The translations under genes and the position numbers were made by a program. A stretch of DNA of 59,242 nucleotides from Gemmatimonadales bacterium (GTDB lineage: Bacteria > Gemmatimonadota > Gemmatimonadetes > Gemmatimonadales > GWC2-71-9). The notes under the pieces are model-generated. The model saw only the letters and a list, made by a program, of their open reading frames with translations, was not told where the DNA came from and did no database searches. The stretch lies in NCBI GenBank assembly GCA_036265635.1, contig DATAOR010000330.1, positions 1-59,242 of the forward strand, written 5' to 3'. Positions 47,527 through 56,261 of the stretch are shown one piece after another (position 1 is the stretch's first letter; each line of letters opens with the position of its first letter).

Positions 47527-48360
47527 TCACCGCGTGAAACTGATCTGCACGGTTCCACCACGATAGGCCGGGCCGGCGAAGCGGGTGGGCGACGCTCGCA
47601 GTGCCTTGGCGAACGCGTCCTTGCCGTCGACCTTGAGCGAGCCGACCATGGCGTGGGCGGAGGCCGGTCGCAGCTCCATGCGGCCGCGGGTCAGGCCACC
47701 CTTGATGCCCTGGGCGATCCAGCTGCTGCGGACCGGCTCGGTCACGGTGGTGCTCTCGGCCGCCCAGCGCCCGTCCCAGATCAGGGTGGTGCGGACCAGC
47801 TTGACCTGGAAGCGGTCGTCCGGGCTGGGTACCCCGTTGACGTCGACGACCGGAACCTTCCCCATCTTGAGGCCGGCATCACGCACTCGCTGCCCGGCAA
47901 AGCCGGCCGAGCGCGCCAACCGTCCGCTGTTGGCGAAGACTTCGAGCGCTACGTCCTGCGGCTGTCCCGAAGGCGCTACCGCCGCCACCGTCCACACCGC
48001 CACCAGCTGGGGATGCTTGCCCTTGCGGTCGACCAGCCGGATGTCCTTGCCCACGACGGTATCGGCGGCCGCGAAGCAGAGCCGGGAGGGGCTCCAGCCG
48101 GCGAACTCCGGCTGGCTCTGGATCACGTCGCGCAGCGACAGGTGGAGCTCCGGTACCGCCGAGGCAGCCGCGGGACGATAGCCCCGCGGCAGATCCCGGA
48201 CTACCTCCGACTTGGGGTCGAGCAGGAACTGGACACAGAAGGCCGTGCGGATGCCCGACAGGGTCCAGCCGACCGGCTCGGTCTCAGCCGCCTGGGCGGC
48301 GGCAGGCGCGGCCTGCCCCTGCCAGAGAACCGCCAGTGCTACCAGGAAGAAGACACGCAT
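47527..48360 (-). CDS. Secreted hypothetical protein (277 aa). It is the last gene of the redox operon.
   Basis: The signal peptide reads MRVFFLVALAVLWQGQAAPAAAQA. An SD-like GGAG lies upstream, and the start is 30 nt after the bcp stop. The mature part contains two Cys residues. I recognise no family. Confidence 0.6.
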   Translation of the reverse strand: MRVFFLVALAVLWQGQAAPAAAQAAETEPVGWTLSGIRTAFCVQFLLDPKSEVVRDLPRGYRPAAASAVPELHLSLRDVIQSQPEFAGWSPSRLCFAAADTVVGKDIRLVDRKGKHPQLVAVWTVAAVAPSGQPQDVALEVFANSGRLARSAGFAGQRVRDAGLKMGKVPVVDVNGVPSPDDRFQVKLVRTTLIWDGRWAAESTTVTEPVRSSWIAQGIKGGLTRGRMELRPASAHAMVGSLKVDGKDAFAKALRASPTRFAGPAYRGGTVQISFTR

Positions 48361-48390
48361 TGGCGGCTCCGATCCGAGGGTGGCAACCCG

Positions 48391-49002
48391 TCAGCCGCTC
48401 CGCGTCCGGCGCACGGCGGCGCCGAGCTCAGCGTAGTGCTTGGGGTCGAGCGCGTTGAACCGCAGGTTGCGGTAGCGGACCTTCCCATCCGGCCCGATGA
48501 CGTAGACCACCCGGCGCAGATAGCCGGACTCGTCGCCGGCAGCGTAGCGCCGCGCGACCTGTTGGCCCGGGTCGCTCAGCAGCCGGAACGGCAGGTTCAG
48601 GCTGGTGGCGAACCGGACATGCGTGGTCAGCGAGTCGGTGCTGACGCCCAGCACGGTCACGTCTGGGCCGAAGAGCGAATCGTACTGCTCGGCGAAGGTC
48701 CGCATCTCGGCGGTGCACCCGCTGGTGAAGTCCCGCGGATAGAAGGCGAGCACGACGGTCTTGCCGAGATCGAGGGCCAGGTCATACGGCTGGTCCGGCG
48801 CGCCTGCCCCGTCCTTGTTGGCCCAGGGCAGCCTGACCGCAGGCGCCCGCCGGCCGACATCCGGGCCGCTCACCAGCCGGGCGGTTGGCGGGCCTTTGGC
48901 CGCCGGGGCCGCGGGCGCCGGGGCGGATTCCTGGGCCCGGCCGGTCGACCCGGCGATCAGAGAAAGGACGACGGCGGCGGCGGCGATTGCACGGAGAGAC
49001 AT
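48391..49002 (-). CDS. bcp: Exported peroxiredoxin (Bcp/PrxQ-type, AhpC/TSA family).
   Basis: The start MSLRAIAAAAVVLSLIAGSTGRAQE is a signal peptide. The catalytic motif reads VLAFYPRDFTSGCTAE. It lies within the longer ORF 48391..49524. Confidence 0.8.
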   Translation of the reverse strand: MSLRAIAAAAVVLSLIAGSTGRAQESAPAPAAPAAKGPPTARLVSGPDVGRRAPAVRLPWANKDGAGAPDQPYDLALDLGKTVVLAFYPRDFTSGCTAEMRTFAEQYDSLFGPDVTVLGVSTDSLTTHVRFATSLNLPFRLLSDPGQQVARRYAAGDESGYLRRVVYVIGPDGKVRYRNLRFNALDPKHYAELGAAVRRTRSG

Positions 49003-49028
49003 GATGCCATTCCTGCTCGAGAGGTAGG

Positions 49029-49532
49029 TCAGGGGGCGGCCACGGTCCTGAGGACGGCTGCCAGATCCTGGGAGGCGCCGGTCCCGGTATAGCGCACCGT
49101 GCCGGCGCGATCCACGATCACGATGTACGAGGTCGTAGGCGCGGCGTAGGCCCGTACCGCATCGCCGTCGGCGTCGTAGAGAGTGCGGAACGGGGGGTGC
49201 CGGCTGTCCACGTACTTGCGCACCCGCTCCGGGGTCTGGTTGACGGTGACGTTGACCCCGAAAAAGGCGACCCGGTCGCCGTAGGCACGGTGAGCCGCCT
49301 CGACCGTCGGCAGCAGGGCCTCGCAGACCTCGCACCAGGTGGCCCAGAATTCGAGCAGCACTGGCTGCCGCCCCAGATAGCTCCCCAGGTCGACCGGCTT
49401 GCCGTCGAGATCCTTGACTACCACGGCCGGCGCCCGGCTGCCGACCGGCAGTCCGCTCTCCTGCCCCCACGCGGACGTCGGACCGCCCAGCAGCCCGCCC
49501 AGCACGGCCCCGAGGTAAAGCCATCGCGTCAC
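49029..49532 (-). CDS. tlpA: TlpA-family periplasmic thiol:disulfide oxidoreductase (thioredoxin fold).
   Basis: The GTG start overlaps the ccdA stop as GTGA. The signal/anchor reads TRWLYLGAVLGGLLGG. The WCxxC active site occurs in LLEFWATWCEVCEA. Confidence 0.8.
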   Translation of the reverse strand: MTRWLYLGAVLGGLLGGPTSAWGQESGLPVGSRAPAVVVKDLDGKPVDLGSYLGRQPVLLEFWATWCEVCEALLPTVEAAHRAYGDRVAFFGVNVTVNQTPERVRKYVDSRHPPFRTLYDADGDAVRAYAAPTTSYIVIVDRAGTVRYTGTGASQDLAAVLRTVAAP

Positions 49533-50239
49533 AGCACGCCCCCCATCTTGACCAGGTAGTACTCCGCCATTGCGATCATGATTATGCCGCCAAGCCGCTT
49601 GACGGTGACCATCCACCGGCCCGAGCGTGGCAGCCCCGCCAGCGTCCCGCTCGACAGGCCGACGACCACCAGCAGGGCCGTGAGCCCGAGCGAGAAGACC
49701 AGCAGGTACAGGAAGCCGAGGGCGGCGCTCCGGGTCGCGGCCACGAAGGTCAGCACGGCGGCGAAGGCCGGAGCTCCGCACGGCGCCGCCACCAGACCCG
49801 AGACAGCGCCCATGGCGAAGGCGCCGGGCAGGGACCCGCCCCGGAGGCCCGCCGCCCAGGCCGCCAGCCCCTTCGGCACCGCGATCGGAACCACGTCCAG
49901 CATGGCCAGGCCGGCCACCAGCAGAACGTTGGCCATCAGTCCGTAGGCCCACGGGTTCGAGCTGATGCTGCCGAACAGGCTGCCGGTCAGCCCGGCCACC
50001 AGGCCCAGCAGGGCATACACCAGCGCCAGCCCGCTGACATACGCGCCCGTCAGCCCGGCCGTGCGCCAGCGGGACCGGGTGCCGACGGCGGCACCGCCCA
50101 GGATACCCGCGGTGATGGGAATCATCGGGTAGATGCAGGGCGTGAGGCTGGTGGCGAGTCCCGCCCCGAAGAGAAGCGGCAGGGCGACCAGCGGCCGCTC
50201 CCGCAGGGTGGCCTCGATTCCTTCGAGCAGCACCGTCAT
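49529..50239 (-). CDS. ccdA: Cytochrome c biogenesis protein CcdA (DsbD-type transmembrane electron transporter).
   Basis: The two conserved Cys-containing TM motifs are SLTPCIYPMIP and VAAPCGAP. The protein has six hydrophobic segments. Confidence 0.85.
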   Translation of the reverse strand: MTVLLEGIEATLRERPLVALPLLFGAGLATSLTPCIYPMIPITAGILGGAAVGTRSRWRTAGLTGAYVSGLALVYALLGLVAGLTGSLFGSISSNPWAYGLMANVLLVAGLAMLDVVPIAVPKGLAAWAAGLRGGSLPGAFAMGAVSGLVAAPCGAPAFAAVLTFVAATRSAALGFLYLLVFSLGLTALLVVVGLSSGTLAGLPRSGRWMVTVKRLGGIIMIAMAEYYLVKMGGVL

Positions 50240-51472
50240 TCAGGCCCGGTCCGCCGTCTCGACCGCGTATCGGGTGGCCACATACTGCTCCAGGATGTCG
50301 AGGAACTCCGGCACGATGCCCTCGCCCTTGAGGGTGACGTGCAGCCGGCCGTCCACGAACACCGGCGCTTTGGGCTCCTCGAACGTGCCCGGCAGCGAGA
50401 TCCCGATATGGGCGTGCTTCGATTCTCCCGGGCCGTTGACCACGCAGCCCATCACCGCCACCCGCAACTCCTCGACGCCGGGCCGGTCCGTCCGCCAGAC
50501 CGGCATCTTGTCCCGGAGATACGCCTGGATCTGCTGGGCCATCTCCTGGAAGAACGTACTGGTGGTCCGGCCGCAGCCGGGACAGGCGGTGACCTGGGGA
50601 GCGAAGCTCCTCAGCCCCAGTGACTGGAGCACCTGCTGGGCGACCTGGACCTCCTCCGTCCGATCTCCCCCGGGCGGCGGCGTGAGCGAGACCCGGATGG
50701 TGTCGCCGATCCCCTCCTGCAGCAGAATGCTGAGGCCCGCCGTGCTGGCGATGATGCCCTTGGCCCCGAGACCGGCCTCGGTCAGCCCGAGGTGGAGCGG
50801 GTAGTCGCAGCGGGCCGCCAGCATCCGGTAGACGTCCACCAGATCCTGGACCCCCGAGACCTTGGCGCTGAGCACGATCCGGTCGTGCGGCAGCCCGACC
50901 GACTCGGCCAGGGCGGCGCTCTGCAGGGCGCTCTCGACCATCGCGCCCATGGTGACGGCGCGGGCATCACTGGGCCGGGCCGCCCGGGAGTTCTCGTCCA
51001 TCATCTCGGTCAGCAGCGCCTGGTCAAGCGACCCCCAGTTGACGCCGATCCGCACCGGCTTGTCGTGGGTCAGCGCGATGGCGATGATGGAGCGGAAGTT
51101 CTCGTCGTGACGTTTGCCGCCGACGTTTCCCGGGTTGATGCGGTACTTGGCCAGGCCCCTGGCGCAGGCGGGATGGCGGGCCAGGAGCAGGTGGCCATTG
51201 TAGTGAAAGTCGCCGATCAGCGGCACCGGCGTCCCCGCCCGGTCGAGGCCGTCCACGATCTCGGGCACAGCCGCGGCGGCCTCGTCGTTGTTGACGGTGA
51301 CCCGCACCAGCTCGCTGCCGGCCCGGGCCAGGGCCGCGACCTGGTGCACCGTCGCCGCCACGTCGGCGGTGTCGGTGTTGGTCATCGACTGGACCACGAT
51401 CGGATGGCCGGAGCCGATCGGCACGCCGCCGACCAGGGCGGTCACGGTCTGCCGGCGAGTCTGGAATGGCAT
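50240..51472 (-). CDS. ispG: 4-hydroxy-3-methylbut-2-en-1-yl diphosphate synthase (flavodoxin).
   Basis: The sequence contains [21 protein letters not shown] and RINPGN. The Cys ligands are CPGCGRT and GCVVNGPGE. Its stop abuts the ccdA ATG with a zero-nt gap. Confidence 0.9.
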   Translation of the reverse strand: MPFQTRRQTVTALVGGVPIGSGHPIVVQSMTNTDTADVAATVHQVAALARAGSELVRVTVNNDEAAAAVPEIVDGLDRAGTPVPLIGDFHYNGHLLLARHPACARGLAKYRINPGNVGGKRHDENFRSIIAIALTHDKPVRIGVNWGSLDQALLTEMMDENSRAARPSDARAVTMGAMVESALQSAALAESVGLPHDRIVLSAKVSGVQDLVDVYRMLAARCDYPLHLGLTEAGLGAKGIIASTAGLSILLQEGIGDTIRVSLTPPPGGDRTEEVQVAQQVLQSLGLRSFAPQVTACPGCGRTTSTFFQEMAQQIQAYLRDKMPVWRTDRPGVEELRVAVMGCVVNGPGESKHAHIGISLPGTFEEPKAPVFVDGRLHVTLKGEGIVPEFLDILEQYVATRYAVETADRA

Positions 51473-51478
51473 GGCCGG

Positions 51479-51484
51479 AATATA
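51479..51484 (-). promoter_or_regulatory. Possible -10 element (TATATT) ending 6 nt upstream of the ispG ATG, consistent with a leaderless-type arrangement.
   Basis: The minus strand reads GCGTTATATTCCGGCCATG. There is no SD. Confidence 0.3.
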
Positions 51485-51503
51485 ACGCGGCGCCCCCGTG
51501 TTC

Positions 51504-51532
51504 TTGCGCCGGCGAAAGACCCCCGTGAGATT
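51504..51532 (+). promoter_or_regulatory. Possible promoter TTGCGC-N17-GAGATT ending 5 nt upstream of the fabH ATG, consistent with a leaderless-type arrangement.
   Basis: The plus strand reads ttcTTGCGCcggcgaaagacccccgtGAGATTcgggcATG. There is no SD. Confidence 0.3.
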
Positions 51533-51537
51533 CGGGC

Positions 51538-52545
51538 ATGCCTTCCCCTGCCCTGCCCACGGGACCGCACGCTGCCATCACCGCGGTGGCCGGCTATGTG
51601 CCCGAGCGCCGCGTCACCAACGCAGAGCTGTCCTCCCGGCTCGACACCTCCGACGAATGGATCGTCACCCGCACCGGCATCAGTGAGCGCCGGATCGGCG
51701 CGCCCGGCGAGACCACCTCGACCATGAGCACCGCCGCCGTCCGGCGGCTCATGGCCGACCGCGGCCTGGGCTCCGACGACGTGGGCGCCCTGATCGTCGC
51801 GACGGTGACCCCCGACATGATGTTCCCCGCCACCGCCTGCCTGGTGCAGGATCAGGTCGGCCTGCGGGGCACCTGGGGCTTCGACCTCTCGGCCGCCTGC
51901 TCGGGCTTCCTCTATGCGCTGACGACCGGCGCTCAGCTGGTCGCGGCGGGGGCCCATCAGCGCGTGATCGTGGTGGGGGCGGATCTGATGAGCGCGATCA
52001 TCGATCCGCTGGATCGCTCGACCGCGGTCCTGTTCGGCGACGGCGCCGGCGCGGTCCTGCTGGAGCCCGCCGAGCCCGGCTTCGGCCTGCTCGACTTCTA
52101 CCATCGGGTGGACGGCAGCGGACGGGGCGACCTGCTGATGCCGGGCGGCGGCAGCTTCCACCCTGCCAGCCATGCCACGGTGGACGCCCGGGAGCATTTC
52201 CTCAAGCAGAATGGCAAGGCGGTCTTCAAGTTCGCCGTCTCGCAGATGGCCGAGTGTATCACGACGCTGCTCGACCGCCACCAGCTCGCCCCCGCCGACA
52301 TCGCGATGATCATCCCCCATCAGGCCAACCAGCGGATCCTGGACGCCACGGCGGACCGACTGGGCCTGCCGGCGGGACGGATGGCTTCGGTCATCGCGCG
52401 CTATGGCAACACCACCGCGGCGACGCTCCCGCTGGCGCTGGAGGACGTGCTGCAGGCAGGCAGGATCAAGCGGGGCGACCTGGTGATGTTCGTAGCCGTA
52501 GGTGCCGGCTTCACGGTGGGGGCCAGCCTGATGCGCTGGCAGTAG
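51538..52545 (+). CDS. fabH: Beta-ketoacyl-ACP synthase III.
   Basis: The sequence contains [12 protein letters not shown]. The active-site Cys lies in [22 protein letters not shown] and GAGFTVGA are also present. Confidence 0.9.
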   Translation: MPSPALPTGPHAAITAVAGYVPERRVTNAELSSRLDTSDEWIVTRTGISERRIGAPGETTSTMSTAAVRRLMADRGLGSDDVGALIVATVTPDMMFPATACLVQDQVGLRGTWGFDLSAACSGFLYALTTGAQLVAAGAHQRVIVVGADLMSAIIDPLDRSTAVLFGDGAGAVLLEPAEPGFGLLDFYHRVDGSGRGDLLMPGGGSFHPASHATVDAREHFLKQNGKAVFKFAVSQMAECITTLLDRHQLAPADIAMIIPHQANQRILDATADRLGLPAGRMASVIARYGNTTAATLPLALEDVLQAGRIKRGDLVMFVAVGAGFTVGASLMRWQ

Positions 52546-52556
52546 GGTCGGGCCGG

Positions 52557-53429
52557 TCAGGCCCGCGAGAACTCGGCCGCGTCGATCGCGGCCAGTTCGT
52601 CGGTTGCCAGCCGCAGGTCGGCGGCGCTCACGCTGTCGAGCGCGTGGGTGATCTTCCGGGCGCTGGGAATGACCAGCACCGTCGGGCCCTGGGCCAGGAC
52701 CCAGGCGAGCGCCACGGCATGGGCCGAGACGCCGTGCCGGCCCGCGATGGACCCCAGGACGGGATGGCCCGGCAGCTTGAGGTTGAGCCGGCCGCCTCCG
52801 GTGGGACTGTAGGCCAGGAAGCCGATGCCCTCCGCCTCGCAGTGGCCGACCACCCCGTCGAGCGCCTCCCGGAAGAACGGGTTGAGCCGGTTCTGCACGG
52901 CCGTGATGGGAACGATCGCCTGAGCCTCCCGGATCTGCCCGACGTCCACGTTCGACAGGCCGACCCAGCGGATCTTGCCTTCTTCGCGCAGCTGCGCCAG
53001 CGCCCCGACGCTCTCGGCGAACGGCACCCGGGGGTCGGGGGCGTGAAGCTGGTAGAGGTCGATCCGGTCCACCGCCAGCGCTCGGAGCGAACGCTCGCAG
53101 GCGGCTCGAAGCTGGGCCGGCCGGGCGTCCTCCTCCCATCGGCCCGAAGGCCGGACCAGGCCGCCCTTGGTGGCCACCACCACGCCCGCGCGGTCTCCCT
53201 TCCACTCCCGCAGCGCCCGCGCGATCAGCCGCTCGTTGTGCCCGATGTCGTGTTGATCGAGGCAGTAGACGTCGGCAGTGTCGATCAGGGTGACTCCCGC
53301 GTCCAGGGCCGCGTGGAGCACGCGGAGCCCGTCCGCCTCCGGCGGCCGCCCCGTGATCGACAGGTGCATCCCGCCGTACCCGACGATGGACACCTCAATG
53401 GCATGGGGCCCGAGCGAGCGCTGCCTCAT
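52557..53429 (-). CDS. Aldo/keto reductase.
   Basis: The sequence contains GYGGMHLS, IDTADVYC, IDLYQLHAPD, IRWVGLSN and VLVIPSARK. I took the start at MRQRSLGP, inside ORF 52557..53477. Confidence 0.85.
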   Translation of the reverse strand: MRQRSLGPHAIEVSIVGYGGMHLSITGRPPEADGLRVLHAALDAGVTLIDTADVYCLDQHDIGHNERLIARALREWKGDRAGVVVATKGGLVRPSGRWEEDARPAQLRAACERSLRALAVDRIDLYQLHAPDPRVPFAESVGALAQLREEGKIRWVGLSNVDVGQIREAQAIVPITAVQNRLNPFFREALDGVVGHCEAEGIGFLAYSPTGGGRLNLKLPGHPVLGSIAGRHGVSAHAVALAWVLAQGPTVLVIPSARKITHALDSVSAADLRLATDELAAIDAAEFSRA

Positions 53430-53499
53430 GCCGGGCCCGGTCGGTCGGGCGCCGGCCCCGCCGCCCGCCGAGGCCATGGGCGCCCTGGCCCGTCCTGGG

Positions 53500-53769
53500 T
53501 CACGCCAGACCGAGCTGCCGGGTCAGGCGGCGCCAGTCGTCGGCCGAGACCACGCCATCCTGCAGCAGCGGGGTGAGGGTGGCCAGGATTTCCGCCCGCG
53601 ACCCGTCGATCCGGCGATCGCGCAACTCGCTCACCATGCGGGAGAACCGGTGCTCATATTCGTCCGGCTTGATCGTCCCTTCCGCCCGCATGCCGCTCAG
53701 CTTCCGCAGCTCTTCCGCCACCCGCGCCGGAGTGATCGGCTTGAGATTTCCGCTCTGCTGCTCCGCCAT
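53500..53769 (-). CDS. Small hypothetical protein with a SHOCT-like segment.
   Basis: An SD-like GGAGAGG lies upstream. LRKLSGMRAEGTIKPDEYEHRFSRMV resembles the SHOCT motif. This is a weak family call. Confidence 0.5.
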   Translation of the reverse strand: MAEQQSGNLKPITPARVAEELRKLSGMRAEGTIKPDEYEHRFSRMVSELRDRRIDGSRAEILATLTPLLQDGVVSADDWRRLTRQLGLA

Positions 53770-53817
53770 GTCGTACCTCTCCCCTGTCAGTGGTAGGAGG
53801 TGCCCGTCCGTGCTGGA

Positions 53818-54405
53818 TTATGCCCCTCGCCGGCGCGCGGCGTCCAGGGTCGTAGTGGGATCGGCGCCGGCCCAGCTCACGTCGGCCGTCGGTCCGTAGG
53901 TCGGGGGCACCCGGTCCTCCAGCAGTCGGAGGGCAGAGCCCACCTGGGCCCGGTGATGAGCCGTGTGAAGGACCCGGCGCCACAGGACCCAGATACGCTG
54001 CCGGCGGACGTCGAAGAACGGCACCTCGGTCAGCCAGAATGCCTCGTCCCCCGCGGCCAGCGGCGCCAGCCTCGGGACGGCCAGGGCCACCAGCCGCTCG
54101 ACGTAGCGGGCCACCCCGGGCGCATCACCCGGCGGCAGCACGGCCTCCACCGGCGGCTCGGCCAGGCCGATGAATTCCCCGAAGAAGCGGCGTTCGCTGA
54201 GGAGCTGGTGGACCAGGATCTGGCGGATCGTGCTGCTCCGAGGATGCGGGCGGAACTCGAGCTGGTCGTCCCGGAGCTCGGTCCAGGTGCCGGCCGTCTT
54301 GTTGGTCTCGGACGCGTACGTGTCCACCAAGTGCTGCAGCAGCGGCAGCCGGGCCCGCGGTACCGTGGCGGCGGTCAGGAACTCGTTCTCGTACTGCATG
54401 GCCAT
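53818..54405 (-). CDS. DinB-family (DinB_2-like) metal-dependent four-helix-bundle protein.
   Basis: The start MAMQYENEF is preceded by GGAGG. The sequence contains ILVHQLLSERRFF and the C-terminal VLHTAHHRAQV His motif. Confidence 0.7.
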   Translation of the reverse strand: MAMQYENEFLTAATVPRARLPLLQHLVDTYASETNKTAGTWTELRDDQLEFRPHPRSSTIRQILVHQLLSERRFFGEFIGLAEPPVEAVLPPGDAPGVARYVERLVALAVPRLAPLAAGDEAFWLTEVPFFDVRRQRIWVLWRRVLHTAHHRAQVGSALRLLEDRVPPTYGPTADVSWAGADPTTTLDAARRRGA

Positions 54406-54487
54406 CGAACCTCCCCGGGGCGGGTGTCCAGGTCTGCTCCGGGAGTATAGTGCCGGCTGGCCCATGGCACGAGCGAGGCGACAAGCA

Positions 54488-54518
54488 GACGGGGCGTGCC
54501 TTGGTGGCACGCCCCGTC
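54488..54518 (-). terminator. Perfect 13-bp inverted repeat (hairpin) downstream of glnK, probably the amtB-glnK terminator.
   Basis: The sequence is gacggggcgtgcc-ttggt-ggcacgccccgtc, 32 nt after the glnK stop. The minus-strand tail CUGCUUGUC is only weakly U-rich. Confidence 0.5.
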
Positions 54519-54549
54519 TCCCCTTCCAAGCCACCGCCTCGGCCCCCGG

Positions 54550-54912
54550 TCAGCCCTCGATCAACGCCGCGGGCGTCACCGCCTGCTCGTCGCGCTCGCC
54601 GGTCCGGATCCGGTGGACCTGGTTCACGTCGAGGACGAACACCTTGCCGTCGCCGACCTCGCCCGTCCGGGCGGCGCCGAGAATCGCCTTGACGGTGACG
54701 TTCACGAACGCCTCGGACACGCCGATCTCGAGCCGGACCTTCTCCTGCAGCTCCATCTTGACGGTGGTGCCGCGATAGGTCTCGACCCGGTCGGTTTCAC
54801 CGCCATGGCCGAGCACGCGGGAGGCCGTCAGGCCGGTGACCTCCGCGCGGTAGAGGGCCTCGAGCACCTCGTTCAGCCGTTCGGGGCGGATGATGGCCAC
54901 GATGAGCTTCAT
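54550..54912 (-). CDS. glnK: P-II family nitrogen regulator (GlnK/GlnB).
   Basis: The sequence begins MKLIVAIIRPERLNEVLEAL. The T-loop ETYRGTTV contains the modifiable Tyr. TGEVGDGKVFVLDVNQVHRIRTGE is also present. It lies directly downstream of amtB. Confidence 0.9.
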   Translation of the reverse strand: MKLIVAIIRPERLNEVLEALYRAEVTGLTASRVLGHGGETDRVETYRGTTVKMELQEKVRLEIGVSEAFVNVTVKAILGAARTGEVGDGKVFVLDVNQVHRIRTGERDEQAVTPAALIEG

Positions 54913-54929
54913 GTCGGTCTCCTCCGGCC

Positions 54930-56261
54930 TCAGCGGGCCGCGGGCTGCGGGGTGAGGGCACGCGCGGGTAGCGCCACGGCGCCGGCGTCGGGAATGACCA
55001 GAATCGAGCCCTCGCCGGTGCTGTACGCCTCCTCGCCATGCTGGGTGACGTCGAGCCCAAGCCCTTCCGCCCGCGTGGCCGGCCGGAGCGCGGTCACCAG
55101 GCCGAGCAGCTTGAGAATGACGAAGGTGGCCAGCGCCGAGTAGACGATCGCGCTGGCGACGCCCAGCGCCTGAATCCCCAGCTGACCGGCGTTGCCGGCC
55201 AGCAGGCCGTCGTTCCCCGCCGAGTTCCACGCCTTGGCCGCGAACACGCCGGTGAGCAGGGCCCCGGTGATGCCGCCGATGCCGTGACCCGCGAAGACGT
55301 CGAGCGAATCGTCCAGCCGAGTCCTCGACCGGGCCACGATGGCGAAATAGCTGGGGAAGGCCGCCAGGGCGCCGAGCAGGAGCGCGCTCACCGGGCTGAT
55401 GAACCCAGCCGCGGGCGTGATGGCCACCAGCCCGATCACGATCCCCGTAGCCCCGCCCACGGCGGTGGCCCGGCCGGTGCGGAAGTAGTCGAGCAGCACC
55501 CATACGACCAGGGTGGCCATCGGGGCCAGGAAGGTGTTGGTGAAGGCCAGTGCCGCGAGCTCGTTGGCCGCCAGGGCGCTGCCGCCGTTGAAGCCGAACC
55601 AGCCAAACCACAGCAGCCCGGCACCGAGCAGCACGAAGGGCACGTTGTGGGGGAGAATGGCCTGGCGCCCGTAGTCCTTGCGCTCCCCCAGCACCAGCGC
55701 GGCCACCAACGCCGAGACCCCGGCGTTGATGTGGACCACGGTCCCGCCGGCGAAGTCCAGTACGCCCAGGGTCATCAGCCACCCCCCGCCCCAGACCCAA
55801 TGCGCTACCGGAGCGTACACCAGCAGGGTCCACAGCGCGATGAAGGCGAGGTACGGGCCGAAACGCATCCGCTCGACCACGGCCCCCGAGATCAGGGCCG
55901 CCGTGATGATGGCGAAGGTGCCCTGGTACGCCATGAACAGCAGGTGGGGAATGGTGCCCTTGGCCTCGGTGCCCACCCCGGCCAGCAGCGCGTTGGCGGT
56001 CCCGCCGATCCAGGCGGTGCCTTCCGCGAACGCCAGGCTGTAGGCCAGCAGGGCCCAGACGACCCCGACCACGCCCAGGGCGGCGAAGCTCATCATCATG
56101 GTGTTCAGCGAGTTCTTCGAGCGGACCAGGCCGCCGTAGAAGAACGCCAACGCCGGGGTCATGAGGAGGACCAGCGCGGTGGAAACGAGCATCCAGGCCG
56201 TGTCGGCGGGCACCACGGCGGGGGCAGCGTCCTGGACCAGCAGGAGGGGGAGACCGGTCAC
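54930..56261 (-). CDS. amtB: Ammonium transporter (Amt family).
   Basis: The sequence contains DTAWMLVSTALVLLMTPALAFFYGGLVR, DFAGGTVVHINAG and FGFNGGSA. It has about 11 TM segments and uses a GTG start. Confidence 0.9.
   Translation of the reverse strand: MTGLPLLLVQDAAPAVVPADTAWMLVSTALVLLMTPALAFFYGGLVRSKNSLNTMMMSFAALGVVGVVWALLAYSLAFAEGTAWIGGTANALLAGVGTEAKGTIPHLLFMAYQGTFAIITAALISGAVVERMRFGPYLAFIALWTLLVYAPVAHWVWGGGWLMTLGVLDFAGGTVVHINAGVSALVAALVLGERKDYGRQAILPHNVPFVLLGAGLLWFGWFGFNGGSALAANELAALAFTNTFLAPMATLVVWVLLDYFRTGRATAVGGATGIVIGLVAITPAAGFISPVSALLLGALAAFPSYFAIVARSRTRLDDSLDVFAGHGIGGITGALLTGVFAAKAWNSAGNDGLLAGNAGQLGIQALGVASAIVYSALATFVILKLLGLVTALRPATRAEGLGLDVTQHGEEAYSTGEGSILVIPDAGAVALPARALTPQPAAR

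Noticed and set aside
54465-54479. A good -24 element, TGGCACG, with GC at the right spacing (TGGCACGAGCGAGGC) on the plus strand between the dinB-like gene and glnK.
   Set aside because: It points into the 3' end of the minus-strand glnK-amtB operon and has no plus-strand gene downstream. The -12 region lacks the TT. The same DNA is better explained as the upstream region of the dinB-like gene, with a TATACT -10 on the minus strand at 54444-54449. An antisense-promoter role cannot be excluded but is unsupported.
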